64,000 nt of DNA from a virus: positions 96,001 through 160,000 of the IMG/VR virus record IMGVR_UViG_3300027793_000055, one strand, 5' to 3'. Below are positions 29,447 through 38,975 of the stretch, one piece after another. The notes under the pieces are model-generated. The model ran no database searches. It was not told where the DNA came from and saw only the letters and a program-made list of their open reading frames with translations. A program made the translations under genes and the position numbers. Numbering within the stretch: the stretch's first letter is position 1; each line of letters opens with the position of its first letter.

Positions 29447-30397
29447 TTAAACACCACCTGCACCGGGAGGAGCACTTTTTGCTCTATCTGTTGGTGCCTT
29501 ATTTGGATAAGCTGAACCGGCCGGCTGTTTTCCTTTTGTTAACAAGCGAACCTTCCAACCTTTGCCTTTCTTTTCCATTTCTTTCTGAAAATTGCTTTTT
29601 TCTTCAGCAACAGTTTCTGGTTTTGCTGCCATCTCTTTTGCGTCTTTTTGAGCTTTTCTAGCAGCTTTTTGAAATTCAATTGCAGATAATTTTTTATATT
29701 TTGCTGAATTAATTATCTCTGGATTATCCGAGTCTTTTGCCATTTTCTCTTGAGCCTCTGCAGCCTTTCTTTCAGAATCAGCATCTCTGATCATATTATT
29801 GGCATTACTAACTGCTTGTTGTGCAACAGCTTTTGGATCCTCTTCTTCAAAAAGTTTATGAAGTTCACTTAAAACAATATTTTTTATATATTGTCTATCT
29901 TCTTCCAATAAACCATCATTAATTTCTAACGATTCCGATTTCTTACCCCATTCTTCACCTTTACCAGATGAATCACAATCACTTGGTTTTGGTCTACACG
30001 CAGGATATTTGGCTCTTTTTTCACCTTCTTGTCTACCACATGTTTTACAAGTTTTTTTACCTGTTTCTTTATCTGTTCGACAAGTATTACAATCTACCCA
30101 GCCTTTGCTTTTTCCTTTTCCACCTTGACGTGAAAACCATCCGCTCAAACTACTTTCTTTTTCTTTTTTAAAATCTGGCTTCTTCTTTTTCTTCTCTAAG
30201 AAAAATTCTAATTCTTCTGAAATTATATTTAATATTTCTTCTGTTAATTGTTCTTCTGATAAGCCTTTCCAGATTTTACCTTGGCGACATTTTACAACAG
30301 CACCAGAAGCATAAGCAGATGGCCATACATCATATTTACGTTTTGCAATACGTGTACAGCGGTCGCCTTTCTTCTTCTTCTCAAAAATAATTTTCAT
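29447..30397 (-). CDS. Multi-module probable head protein
   Basis: YDVWPSAYASGAVVKCR and LSGWF...WVDC...CGR...YPACRP modules recognisable from T4-like phage proteins, separated by L/I-x-E linkers. Confidence 0.6.
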   Translation of the reverse strand: MKIIFEKKKKGDRCTRIAKRKYDVWPSAYASGAVVKCRQGKIWKGLSEEQLTEEILNIISEELEFFLEKKKKKPDFKKEKESSLSGWFSRQGGKGKSKGWVDCNTCRTDKETGKKTCKTCGRQEGEKRAKYPACRPKPSDCDSSGKGEEWGKKSESLEINDGLLEEDRQYIKNIVLSELHKLFEEEDPKAVAQQAVSNANNMIRDADSERKAAEAQEKMAKDSDNPEIINSAKYKKLSAIEFQKAARKAQKDAKEMAAKPETVAEEKSNFQKEMEKKGKGWKVRLLTKGKQPAGSAYPNKAPTDRAKSAPPGAGGV

Positions 30398-30448
30398 AAA
30401 AATAAATAGTGCGTAACACGGTTAATACCACATTACGCACCACATTAA

Positions 30449-30655
30449 TCAATCTTGTTTGTTTTCTTGTTCGGCTTTTGCTGCAGCTTCATTTAATGAT
30501 TTAATTACAAATTCTTGAAGTTGTTCCTCAGTTAATTCTTCTACTGTTACTCCGTAACTTTTAGCAATTGCAGCCTCTGCTTCGTCATCTACTTCAAAGT
30601 CTAGAGTAACTGTACCATCACCATTTTCTTTAATACTATCAACTTTAATTTTCAT
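30449..30655 (-). CDS. Small acidic hypothetical protein
   Basis: 68 aa. Confidence 0.6.
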   Translation of the reverse strand: MKIKVDSIKENGDGTVTLDFEVDDEAEAAIAKSYGVTVEELTEEQLQEFVIKSLNEAAAKAEQENKQD

Positions 30656-31080
30656 TTTACTCTCCCAAAGTCATCTTCGTATCTGATAATATCATCTTCT
30701 CCAAAATAGGTACCGGTCTGAACTTCAATAAATTTAAGTGGTACTGTGCCAATATTTTCAATACGGTGTTTGGTACCAAACGGTATTTTTACTTTATCAC
30801 CAGCCTTCATTGTGAATTTCATTACACCAAGTGTCATTAATCCTGTGCCTTCTGTTATTGTCCATATTTCTTCGCGTTTCTCATGTGATTGCAGACTTAA
30901 GCGTTTTTCTGGATTAACTTCAATTATTTTAACTTTGCAGTTATCGTCTTCATGAAGAATTTTATAATTTCCCCACGGTCTTACTGATGGATCGTTTTGT
31001 TTTTTACGTATTGCTGATATTAGTTTTTTAATCATAGGTTTATTTGGTGGACCCGGAGACAAATCGAAGTCTCGATTCAA
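30652..31080 (-). CDS. Cupin, mannose-6-phosphate isomerase type II (ManC C-terminal)-like
   Basis: RPWGNYKIL, LSLQSHEKREEIW, HRIEN, IEVQTGTYFGEDDIIRYEDDFGR. Confidence 0.9.
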   Translation of the reverse strand: MNRDFDLSPGPPNKPMIKKLISAIRKKQNDPSVRPWGNYKILHEDDNCKVKIIEVNPEKRLSLQSHEKREEIWTITEGTGLMTLGVMKFTMKAGDKVKIPFGTKHRIENIGTVPLKFIEVQTGTYFGEDDIIRYEDDFGRVK

Positions 31081-31142
31081 GCGTGCAAGGCTAGCGTTAT
31101 CGCCACTTTAACTACAAGCCCATATTCCTTTATTTAACTAGT

Positions 31143-31514
31143 TTACTTTTCTGAATCATTAAAATAATTTTCTGTTTCATATTGTCTTAAATACGTATTA
31201 AAACTCTCTAAATTCATACCTAAAAATCTAGCAGCTTCTGTTTTTGTACGTGTTGCAGATATAGCAAATTTAAGCATAGCATCTCTTACTATATTAGTAA
31301 TAGCTGACCACAGTGGAATTCCATATATATGGCCTCCTGAAGCTCTTGCAGAGAGTTCTAACTTAACTGCTATTACTTCTTCTAAAGAAAGTTTATTTAG
31401 AAAGATCTGACATTGCTCATTAATTCTTGATTCACTTTCTAATCTGGATATTACAGAGTAATACTTTCTGGTACCATATGGTTTCTTTTTTCTTTGGTAT
31501 GGTACTGTCTTCAT
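31143..31514 (-). CDS. Protein with C-terminal Fis-type HTH
   Basis: RDAMLKFAISATRTKTEAARFLGMN resembles Fis/NtrC HTH. Confidence 0.65.
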   Translation of the reverse strand: MKTVPYQRKKKPYGTRKYYSVISRLESESRINEQCQIFLNKLSLEEVIAVKLELSARASGGHIYGIPLWSAITNIVRDAMLKFAISATRTKTEAARFLGMNLESFNTYLRQYETENYFNDSEK

Positions 31515-31786
31515 TTCTCGTCCTTACTGACACCTAGGATAGCATAGCCGGCTATATCTTGCCAAGGGCTTTCTCCAAAAGAATCTTTCTTGGTAGCGAT
31601 CCTGAATAACTTATCGATAAGTCTAGTAATAGCTAGTAGATCTGTATACTGTTCTGGTTGTACACCATTTGGATATAGGATCTTAATAATCTCAGCACTT
31701 TTTTCAAAAGAAGATCCATAAGCTTTATTTTTTTCTTCTACTAAAGATCCAATACTGGTACCAATTTCTAGAAAAGATCTGCTCAT
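31511..31786 (-). CDS. Nucleotide-modification-associated (Nmad/DUF1599-like) helical protein
   Basis: EKNKAYGSSF...DKLFRI...DIAGYAIL pattern. Confidence 0.65.
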   Translation of the reverse strand: MSRSFLEIGTSIGSLVEEKNKAYGSSFEKSAEIIKILYPNGVQPEQYTDLLAITRLIDKLFRIATKKDSFGESPWQDIAGYAILGVSKDEK

Positions 31787-31985
31787 ACTATTTTCTTTCT
31801 TATAAGATCTATATTTTATTAATATAAGATCTTATTATTTATATTTTATTTTTTAAGATCTGGTAGATCTACTATAATCAGATCTTTTTGGATCTGTTAA
31901 GTGGTTGTGACGTCAAATGTGTGATCTGCACAGATCAGATCCGGATCTTCTGAACAAAGATCCGATCTTGTGCTACATTCTGATC
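31776..31985. other. GATC-dense, AT-rich intergenic locus (origin candidate)
   Basis: 14 GATC in about 210 bp; three TAAGATCT units at 31803, 31825, 31854 in an almost pure A/T tract. Confidence 0.6.
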
Positions 31986-31992
31986 GTTCAGT

Positions 31993-34716
31993 TTAAACTA
32001 CTGGTGAATCTTTTTGATCTGGTGTTGGTTCACTAGTTGTTTGTTGAGCACCTTCTGGTGGTGTTGTATCAACCGGTTTAGCTACATTACCAACTTCTGC
32101 TTCTGCTTGATCCATGATAGCAGCTATATTGCTCATATAATAATCTCTAAACATTTGACGGTCAGTAGGATTATCAAGACCAGTATATATATCAGTCAAT
32201 TCGCCAACATAGTTGTCGAAAAACTCAGAAGCTTCTCTTTCACCGGTTGGTTCTACTTTGAATTCTTGTTCAGTATCTTTCTTCTTTGGTTTCTTTTCTT
32301 GTTCCGGATCAAAAAGTCCTGGCAAGAGTTTATTATCAACCGGTTCATCAATAGAAACATTAATTTCTTCTTCAAGTTCCGATTCAGAACTACTTTTGCC
32401 AGCTTGTAGTTTGGCTTCTAGTTCATCAAACAGTTCTTTAGAACTTTGTAGAAGACGAGCCTTGAATGCGTCACGCTGTGCTTTATCTGTCTGCAATTGT
32501 TTATATTCAGATGAAATAAGTGGCTTCTTAACTTGTAAGAAAGCGCCTAGTTTATTTAATCCAGTGTTACCATAATTAAAATCTTGTTTTGCTTCTTTTA
32601 TAAGTTTACGAAGTTCTTTTCTTAGAAGTTGTTCCTGTTGCATTAATTGTTTTTTCTTTTTCTCACGAAGAAGAAGAGCTTTGCGGATTGTTTTTCTTAA
32701 TTCTATTTCTTCCATGAATACTTTTCTATCAATCATTTTTTTCTTCCTCGTGACAATTGCAGGACTAATAGCGACATTTCCTCCTGCCATAGTAGATATT
32801 TCTTCTACTTTATCTTTATTTGCAAATATTTTAAAGACTTCTTCTTGTATTTCTTCGGCTGTAGATTTCTCTTGCTGCCCTAAGAATGTATCTAGAATAA
32901 GTTGTGCAAAACCAGTCTTATTTGATATTTCATCTGGAATGAAATCAATTAATTGGTTCAGATTTGCATTTGAAATAATTTCACGCATTCTGCTGGCACT
33001 TAAAGGTGCTCCACCAAATGAGATTGGTTTTAAAACTTCAACATCAACTTTTATATTACTTCCTTGTGGAATATATTTAGCAATATTAGCAAATCTATTT
33101 GCATCATCTTCCTTATCACCAACACCTAAAAGAATCGATTCACCATAGCTGGTTTCTTTCTCTACATATTCAAAAATAGCTCTTAATGGTGCTGGTGTAA
33201 TTTTTAGATCAACATTTGACAATCCAGCTACAGAAATCATTTGTTTTAATAATTGATTTGACTTTGTGCCATCAATTATTTGACCTTTTAATTGGCCAGT
33301 ATTAAATTTTCTATCTTTTGAAGACTTATCACTTGTTAAAATAATAACATGATCGGCTTTTGAAGATAGTTGCTTGATAAGTTCAATATGACCTTTGTGC
33401 GGTGGTTTGAAGCCGCCGCCTAATAAAGCTATGTCATATTTCTTTGAAGTTAGAGCAGCTTCTGTTAAATCTTCACTTTCGCCTTTGCTTCCTCTACCAT
33501 ATTTTGATAAACCAAGAATCTGATTAACTGGAGCAAATTTGCCGGTAAACTTATAGATGGTACCTTTATAACTAAAAGCAAAGCCTTCTACAGCTGATGA
33601 AATTGTATCAACACCTTTTAATTTTTCTAGTTGACGATTAAGAAAATCAATATCTCCTTGGTTTCCAGAACTCTGTATGGCCTTAATAGCTACATCTACC
33701 TCTTTTGCTAATCTAACTGTTTCTTTTTTATTATCAAGTATGAAGATACTCTCTAATGTTTTTAACATTTCGGCAGCAAAATCGGTAACTGTTTTTTCAA
33801 TTGGCTTGATTGCTTCTTTTTTTAGAGTTTTTAAAGATTCAATAACAGAATCTACTTCACTGTGTAATTCTTTTGGTAGCTGTTTTTTTATTTCACGTTT
33901 ACTAAGAGGTACCAATCCTATTGACCCATCAATAATTAATGATTTAATTTCTAATGGTAATTGCGTCTTTAAGCGCATATTTAAATCTTTTCTTAATAAA
34001 TCATTAATTGTGTTGTTGTCTGATAAGCCATATTTACTCATAACATTTTCAACACTAATAAATGCATTTCTTAGAGGTTCTTTATTATCAAGAGCTTTTA
34101 AATTTTGAATTGGATTTACAAGAATAGCGTGTCTTTTATCTGATACTTTATCTTGAACTTTTTCTAAGAAGTTCATAAACTTAGTTGCTTTTTTATCTGT
34201 TTCACCGGTTTCGTCGTCGATTACTTTGGCGGTTGCTTTATCATATAAAGCATGACCTGTGCGTTGTATAACAAGACCTCTTGTGTCATAATTAACAACA
34301 TTTCGAGTCCTATCATCCATAACTTCAGCATTATACCAAATATCAGCGTTAGAACCAAAGAATTCTATTTGCTTATCTACATCTAATAATTTAATTGCTT
34401 TTTCAAATATATTGATTGCATCGCCAAAAGCTAGTTTCAAATTTGGATTTTTATGATCAGTAAAAAATGCTACCATTTCATCTTTTGATAGGCCACCTTC
34501 TTTAACTTGAGTTTTGTTTCTTGCGCCAAGTACTGCTTGTTTTTTAACTGAAAATGATAAATATATATTTTGACCGTCTGTTTTTTCAGTACCCCATAGT
34601 TCGCCTTTTGAAGCAAGCCTAAAAACATCTTTTAATTCAGAAAATGTTAAATTCCCATTCTCGTATAAATGGGGCATATGCCCTCCAAGGCCACCTTCTA
34701 GAAGAATCTTAATCAT
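31993..34716 (-). CDS. 907-aa multidomain protein: KxDG nucleotidyltransferase-like N-terminus plus HxGH cytidylyltransferase-like domain
   Basis: TEKTDGQN; GGGFKPPHKGH...LSASRMRE; L-x-E linkers. Confidence 0.7.
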   Translation of the reverse strand: MIKILLEGGLGGHMPHLYENGNLTFSELKDVFRLASKGELWGTEKTDGQNIYLSFSVKKQAVLGARNKTQVKEGGLSKDEMVAFFTDHKNPNLKLAFGDAINIFEKAIKLLDVDKQIEFFGSNADIWYNAEVMDDRTRNVVNYDTRGLVIQRTGHALYDKATAKVIDDETGETDKKATKFMNFLEKVQDKVSDKRHAILVNPIQNLKALDNKEPLRNAFISVENVMSKYGLSDNNTINDLLRKDLNMRLKTQLPLEIKSLIIDGSIGLVPLSKREIKKQLPKELHSEVDSVIESLKTLKKEAIKPIEKTVTDFAAEMLKTLESIFILDNKKETVRLAKEVDVAIKAIQSSGNQGDIDFLNRQLEKLKGVDTISSAVEGFAFSYKGTIYKFTGKFAPVNQILGLSKYGRGSKGESEDLTEAALTSKKYDIALLGGGFKPPHKGHIELIKQLSSKADHVIILTSDKSSKDRKFNTGQLKGQIIDGTKSNQLLKQMISVAGLSNVDLKITPAPLRAIFEYVEKETSYGESILLGVGDKEDDANRFANIAKYIPQGSNIKVDVEVLKPISFGGAPLSASRMREIISNANLNQLIDFIPDEISNKTGFAQLILDTFLGQQEKSTAEEIQEEVFKIFANKDKVEEISTMAGGNVAISPAIVTRKKKMIDRKVFMEEIELRKTIRKALLLREKKKKQLMQQEQLLRKELRKLIKEAKQDFNYGNTGLNKLGAFLQVKKPLISSEYKQLQTDKAQRDAFKARLLQSSKELFDELEAKLQAGKSSSESELEEEINVSIDEPVDNKLLPGLFDPEQEKKPKKKDTEQEFKVEPTGEREASEFFDNYVGELTDIYTGLDNPTDRQMFRDYYMSNIAAIMDQAEAEVGNVAKPVDTTPPEGAQQTTSEPTPDQKDSPVV

Positions 34717-35005
34717 TGATACTATCCTTTTTTTCTTGTAATATTTTAACTTGCTCTTGAAGATTACCGTTTTCTTCCTGCAATATTGCTAGACGTTCTT
34801 CTAATCTACGTGAATTTCTTTTGATTTCTTTTATCTGTTCTTTCATTATTTCTAAACGTCTTGCATCTGTTTGAGAACGAGCTTCTACCTTTAAAAGATT
34901 TTCTTCAAGAGCCTGAATCCAAGCTTTAAGAGGTGCACTCCTTTTCTCGCCTTCGTTCAGTAAAAATTCTCTTGTTAAATCATTTAAAGTTTTTGTCATT
35001 ATCAA
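34709..35005 (-). CDS. Coiled-coil probable head protein
   Basis: N-terminal REFLLNE motif. Confidence 0.55.
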   Translation of the reverse strand: MIMTKTLNDLTREFLLNEGEKRSAPLKAWIQALEENLLKVEARSQTDARRLEIMKEQIKEIKRNSRRLEERLAILQEENGNLQEQVKILQEKKDSIND

Positions 35006-35250
35006 TCCTCTTGTTTTGCTGCAGCAACTTCGGCAGCTTTTTCTTTAGCTTCTTTTTCTGCCTTTGCTTTTGCAGCTTTTACAGCAGCTTCTTTTTCCGC
35101 CTTTGCTTTTGCTTCTTCTTTAGCAATTCTATCGGCTTCTGCAGCAGCACGTTCGGCAGCTTCTTTATTAGCCTGTTCAATCGCACGCTCAGCTGCTTCT
35201 AGTTTTTCTTTTCTTAATTTTAAGATAGCTAGTTTTTTTGATTTTTTCAT
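35002..35250 (-). CDS. Ala/Glu/Lys low-complexity protein
   Basis: AKAKAEKEA repeats. Confidence 0.55.
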   Translation of the reverse strand: MKKSKKLAILKLRKEKLEAAERAIEQANKEAAERAAAEADRIAKEEAKAKAEKEAAVKAAKAKAEKEAKEKAAEVAAAKQED

Positions 35251-35840
35251 TTTTGTTCACCACCTTCCTGATCATTATTTAAGTTAAAATCAAATTTAAA
35301 ACCAAACCGGTTAGCTACGTGTTCAGCAACTTTATCGGCTCGTTTAACATAGTATTCTTTAACAGTATCGTTCTCGGTAATATCACCAGAATATTCACCT
35401 TCATTTTTTTCGTTCATTTTGTTCTCCAATACTTTTTCAGTATCTTTTTTACCAGCTTTATATTGATCTTCCCAGCTTCTAAAACAGCTGTTACCATCGC
35501 GATATGCTTCTTCTTCAATTTCTTTTAGATGAGAATCTTCTGTTATATTATCTGTAGCTATATTAGTTAATCTACCATCACAATTTTGTTTATGGTGCAC
35601 TAGCTCATGAGCAATTGATCGTACTATATCTTTTGGATGACGATCTACCGTATAAACAGTAATAGTCCAATTTTCTGGATCGTAATAGGCTGTTTTTCCT
35701 AAAGGGTCGATTGCATTCTGAGGATCGTGACGTAGAAATAAACGTACCGGCTTGTTAAAGCCAATATACTGTTTTGCAAAAGGATAAAAAGCCCTTACCA
35801 TTTTTTTAATAAGGGCTGTTTTATTTTCAAACATTCTCAA
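35247..35840 (-). CDS. Zincin-like (HELVH) protein
   Basis: DIVRSIAHELVHHKQ...EEEAY. Confidence 0.75.
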   Translation of the reverse strand: MRMFENKTALIKKMVRAFYPFAKQYIGFNKPVRLFLRHDPQNAIDPLGKTAYYDPENWTITVYTVDRHPKDIVRSIAHELVHHKQNCDGRLTNIATDNITEDSHLKEIEEEAYRDGNSCFRSWEDQYKAGKKDTEKVLENKMNEKNEGEYSGDITENDTVKEYYVKRADKVAEHVANRFGFKFDFNLNNDQEGGEQK

Positions 35841-35966
35841 ACCTCAGAAACAACATATTAAGTTTTTTAACTAACGAGAACAATTATAAATTTTTAGTTC
35901 TCTACGCCTTTTACCACTTCACTAGAAAGAAAATAAAAGGTTATTTTAATTTAATTAGTTTGTAAA

Positions 35967-36863
35967 TTATTTCTTTCTTGAGAAGAATTTTTCAAGGTCA
36001 ATTGATTTTTTAACTTGTTTTTGTTGAGCAGGTCTAACATCGATATTTTGCAATTGAGAAGCATATCTTAATGTATCTACTATTTTTTTATAAACATCCA
36101 TCAACATTTTAGTATCAGCTAATGCACTGTGCCAATTTTCTGCACTAATACCATAAGCAGTGGATACTTTACCTAATGATGAAGAACCTTTCAAGACAGA
36201 TAGAATATCTCTAGCTCTTTTTTGTACTTTTTCATTAAATGGTTCAAATTCACCGGAAGCCAAAGTTTTCAATACTGGATTAACCTGATGATTAAGAAGT
36301 TGAAGAGTATCAATAACTTTTAACTTTGGTAACGGTTGTTCACTTAGTGTATTTATAAATGACATATCAAATGTCGCATTTTGTGCCACAAGAACAGCAT
36401 CTTTGAAACCGGAAATAAATTCTTTAAATTGATTTAGAGCCATTTGTTGTTCAACGGTTTGTAAACCTGGCTCACCATACTTAGTCATAGCCAATACATC
36501 CTGTGGCTGCTTTAAAGGCTTATTGGACTTCGAATTACGCCTCTCCCATTCCTTACGCTGGCTTGAATCCAAATCGCTCAGGCGGGCTTTTAAATCGTCT
36601 GTGAGTTTAATTTTAACGTGGAATGTATCCATTATTTCAGCTTTTGTAAGCCAATCATTTGGATCAACTGCAATTGCAGCAATTTCTAACAACTGTTCGT
36701 TTTTGGCTTTAAGACCGGTTGTCTCAGTATCAAAGAAGATCCAAATCTTATCACCAAGATTATCTAACATATCGAGAACTTCTTCTGGTTTCTTACCAAT
36801 ATAGCTTTTGCCTTTTATATTAACAGCTTCTGTTAAAAATTGTTGCCATTTGATATCATTCAT
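35967..36863 (-). CDS. DEDDh 3'-5' exonuclease (DnaQ-like) with N-terminal leader peptide
   Basis: FFDTETTG, AQNATFD, WHSALAD. Confidence 0.88.
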   Translation of the reverse strand: MNDIKWQQFLTEAVNIKGKSYIGKKPEEVLDMLDNLGDKIWIFFDTETTGLKAKNEQLLEIAAIAVDPNDWLTKAEIMDTFHVKIKLTDDLKARLSDLDSSQRKEWERRNSKSNKPLKQPQDVLAMTKYGEPGLQTVEQQMALNQFKEFISGFKDAVLVAQNATFDMSFINTLSEQPLPKLKVIDTLQLLNHQVNPVLKTLASGEFEPFNEKVQKRARDILSVLKGSSSLGKVSTAYGISAENWHSALADTKMLMDVYKKIVDTLRYASQLQNIDVRPAQQKQVKKSIDLEKFFSRKK

Positions 36864-36912
36864 AAATCACCGTTTGTAACTTTATTTTTAAAAACCATTA
36901 AAATAACTGCAA

Positions 36913-37497
36913 CTATGATCGCAATTTTACTATTAAATTTTTATGTTTTTTGTGTATTGGTTTTTGGTATAGTTTAATTTGTTTTAATATATTTTTATAT
37001 TCTTCAAGAATTATTTTTTCAATTAATGCTTCATTTATAATACTATTGATTTCTATTATTTTGTTTTTATCCCAAACTATATAAGCTTTCCCGCCAGACT
37101 CTCCTCTGTTTTCGTAAACAATAGAGTCATATCCTTTTTCTGTGAGATACTTTGCTAATAATAAATTTTGTTCTATAGGCATAGCTGTGCCTTTTTCTTT
37201 GGCATTTTTAGAGGCAAGGGAAACTAAAGACTGTTCTTCTTCTTTGGTAGCTTTTCCAGTCCTTATCAGTTGACGAAAAATTTCCTTTAAATTCCAAATT
37301 CCAGGGTCTGATAGAGTAATTGGAGATGATATATTTAATATATATTTTTTTAGAAAGTATTTTTGCTTTCCTTGTCCACGATGCATCGCGCTTTCTTTTG
37401 TTCCAAAATGAAAACCAAAATCTGAGCCTGCCTTTGACATATCAAAAGCACTGACTGGAATATCTTGATCCATCGAACGGTATACTTCTATTTCCAT
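36913..37497 (-). CDS. Probable ADP-ribosyltransferase-fold protein
   Basis: VYRS...GFHFGT...GYDSIVYEN..E...YIVW pattern of phage ART-like domains. Confidence 0.55.
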   Translation of the reverse strand: MEIEVYRSMDQDIPVSAFDMSKAGSDFGFHFGTKESAMHRGQGKQKYFLKKYILNISSPITLSDPGIWNLKEIFRQLIRTGKATKEEEQSLVSLASKNAKEKGTAMPIEQNLLLAKYLTEKGYDSIVYENRGESGGKAYIVWDKNKIIEINSIINEALIEKIILEEYKNILKQIKLYQKPIHKKHKNLIVKLRS

Positions 37498-37538
37498 ATT
37501 TTTATTTCTTGCGGTAGAATCTTAAATAAATAGCTATA

Positions 37539-37820
37539 TTATTTTTTAGGAAAAACTATTAAAGCATCTTTTGGGTTAAAATAGTTGCAGCAACCATAAT
37601 CAGCTGAGACATACGCTTGAACATCGTCGTTTTCACAAAAGCCTTTTGAATTTAGGCCCTTGCAATCTCTACAGCAAAAGCCGGTTGCTTTTTTATCGAT
37701 TTCCATATAGCCAACATGCTTATCTGCTATACGTTCAAGTGTTTGTTTATCATTTTTATCAGCAGCACTTGTATTTTGCTTTTCGTTTTTCTTTTCTTCG
37801 TTTATTTTAATTTTAAGCAT
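37539..37820 (-). CDS. Small Cys-rich protein
   Basis: CCRDC...C...CCNYF. Confidence 0.65.
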   Translation of the reverse strand: MLKIKINEEKKNEKQNTSAADKNDKQTLERIADKHVGYMEIDKKATGFCCRDCKGLNSKGFCENDDVQAYVSADYGCCNYFNPKDALIVFPKK

Positions 37821-37823
37821 AAA

Positions 37824-37904
37824 TCACCAAGCTTTGCAGGACCAATATCTGGCTTTTATTTTAGTACCTTCTGCTAGAAACTGTTGCCACTTGATATCAA
37901 TCAT
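37824..37904 (-). CDS. 26-aa mini-ORF MIDIKWQQFLAEGTKIKARYWSCKAW
   Basis: Manual translation; same GTGATTT-ATG start context as the 36863 gene; chimeric similarity to two neighbours. Confidence 0.65.
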   Translation of the reverse strand: MIDIKWQQFLAEGTKIKARYWSCKAW

Positions 37905-37907
37905 AAA

Positions 37908-38507
37908 TCACTTATTTTTGATACCTGCTAATTTATTTATACGATTTAGTGATTCTTGGAGATCTTTATTTTTATATTTATAAATGTTAGATTTTTCCAG
38001 AATATTTCCAGCAATATTGTTTATTGGTTCTGTTCTTTGTGTAAGATATTGATTGATTTCCGTTGCAATTTTTGCAAAACCTTGATCTCCATAGAGATTC
38101 GATATAATTCTTTTTAATGATTGTACTTTTTGATCATTTGACTGTAACTGTTGTACTTTCTTACTTAAATCAGCCAATTCAGTAAGAAGTCTTTCCACAT
38201 CAGAGCCTTGTCCAAATATTTGCTGGATTTTAGTTGCACCCATATTAATAATTTTCTGAGGGTCTAGTAGGAGTCCAAAATCTTGGTGGAAATCGTCACC
38301 AACATAATTTGATTGTATTATCGAAGAACCTAAAATTTGATCAAATTCATTAATTATACCTTTTATTTTAGGTGTTAATAGTGACTCATCTCCAACACCA
38401 AATTTACTTTTAACTGTTTGACCAACTTTTTGAAGAAAATTTTCTTCCATTTGTTGGCTTAATTCTTCTGCAATGATCTGTTTTAATAACTTATTGCTAA
38501 CTTTCAT
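37908..38507 (-). CDS. Probable internal head protein
   Basis: MKVSNKLLKQIIAEEL...LQESLNRINKLAGI. Confidence 0.6.
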   Translation of the reverse strand: MKVSNKLLKQIIAEELSQQMEENFLQKVGQTVKSKFGVGDESLLTPKIKGIINEFDQILGSSIIQSNYVGDDFHQDFGLLLDPQKIINMGATKIQQIFGQGSDVERLLTELADLSKKVQQLQSNDQKVQSLKRIISNLYGDQGFAKIATEINQYLTQRTEPINNIAGNILEKSNIYKYKNKDLQESLNRINKLAGIKNK

Positions 38508-38552
38508 TTTAAATCTCCAAATATTGATAAATAGTTTTTTTAATGGCAAAAA

Positions 38553-38975
38553 TCACCATTTCTTACAAGACCAATATCTTGCTTTTGTTTTTGGTCCTGG
38601 ATTTGCACAATTGTGTCTTGCACGAAATGATCTACGTCTAGCTGGATTACTTTTCTTGATTCTCATATTTGGATCACCAAAATTAACTTTTTTAACGTTA
38701 CCTGTTTTTGGATCACGAACAAATACTTTAAATTTTTTAACATCACCACGCATTGGTTTGTTAAGAGAAACTTTTCTACCCTGATATTCAGCTTCTTCTA
38801 ATTGTTCTGGACAACCACATTCACGTTCTTCATAAAATAATTCTATTTCATGCAGTTCGCCTTCATCACATGTACCTTCATACATTCCACAATCTTTTTC
38901 TTCAAAGTGAAAAGTCTGAACACCTTCAGGATTAACTTTTTCACTCATTTTTGGTTTCTTAATTTTTATTTTCAT
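38553..38975 (-). CDS. Conserved T4-like phage protein (AEYQGRKVSLNKP...VKKVNFG...ARYWSC)
   Basis: Recognisable motif preceded by an LEEA linker. Confidence 0.7.
   Translation of the reverse strand: MKIKIKKPKMSEKVNPEGVQTFHFEEKDCGMYEGTCDEGELHEIELFYEERECGCPEQLEEAEYQGRKVSLNKPMRGDVKKFKVFVRDPKTGNVKKVNFGDPNMRIKKSNPARRRSFRARHNCANPGPKTKARYWSCKKW

Noticed and set aside
31900-31990. DnaA boxes in the GATC cluster
   Set aside because: The best candidates (e.g. ATCTGCACA) have two or more mismatches to TTWTNCACA
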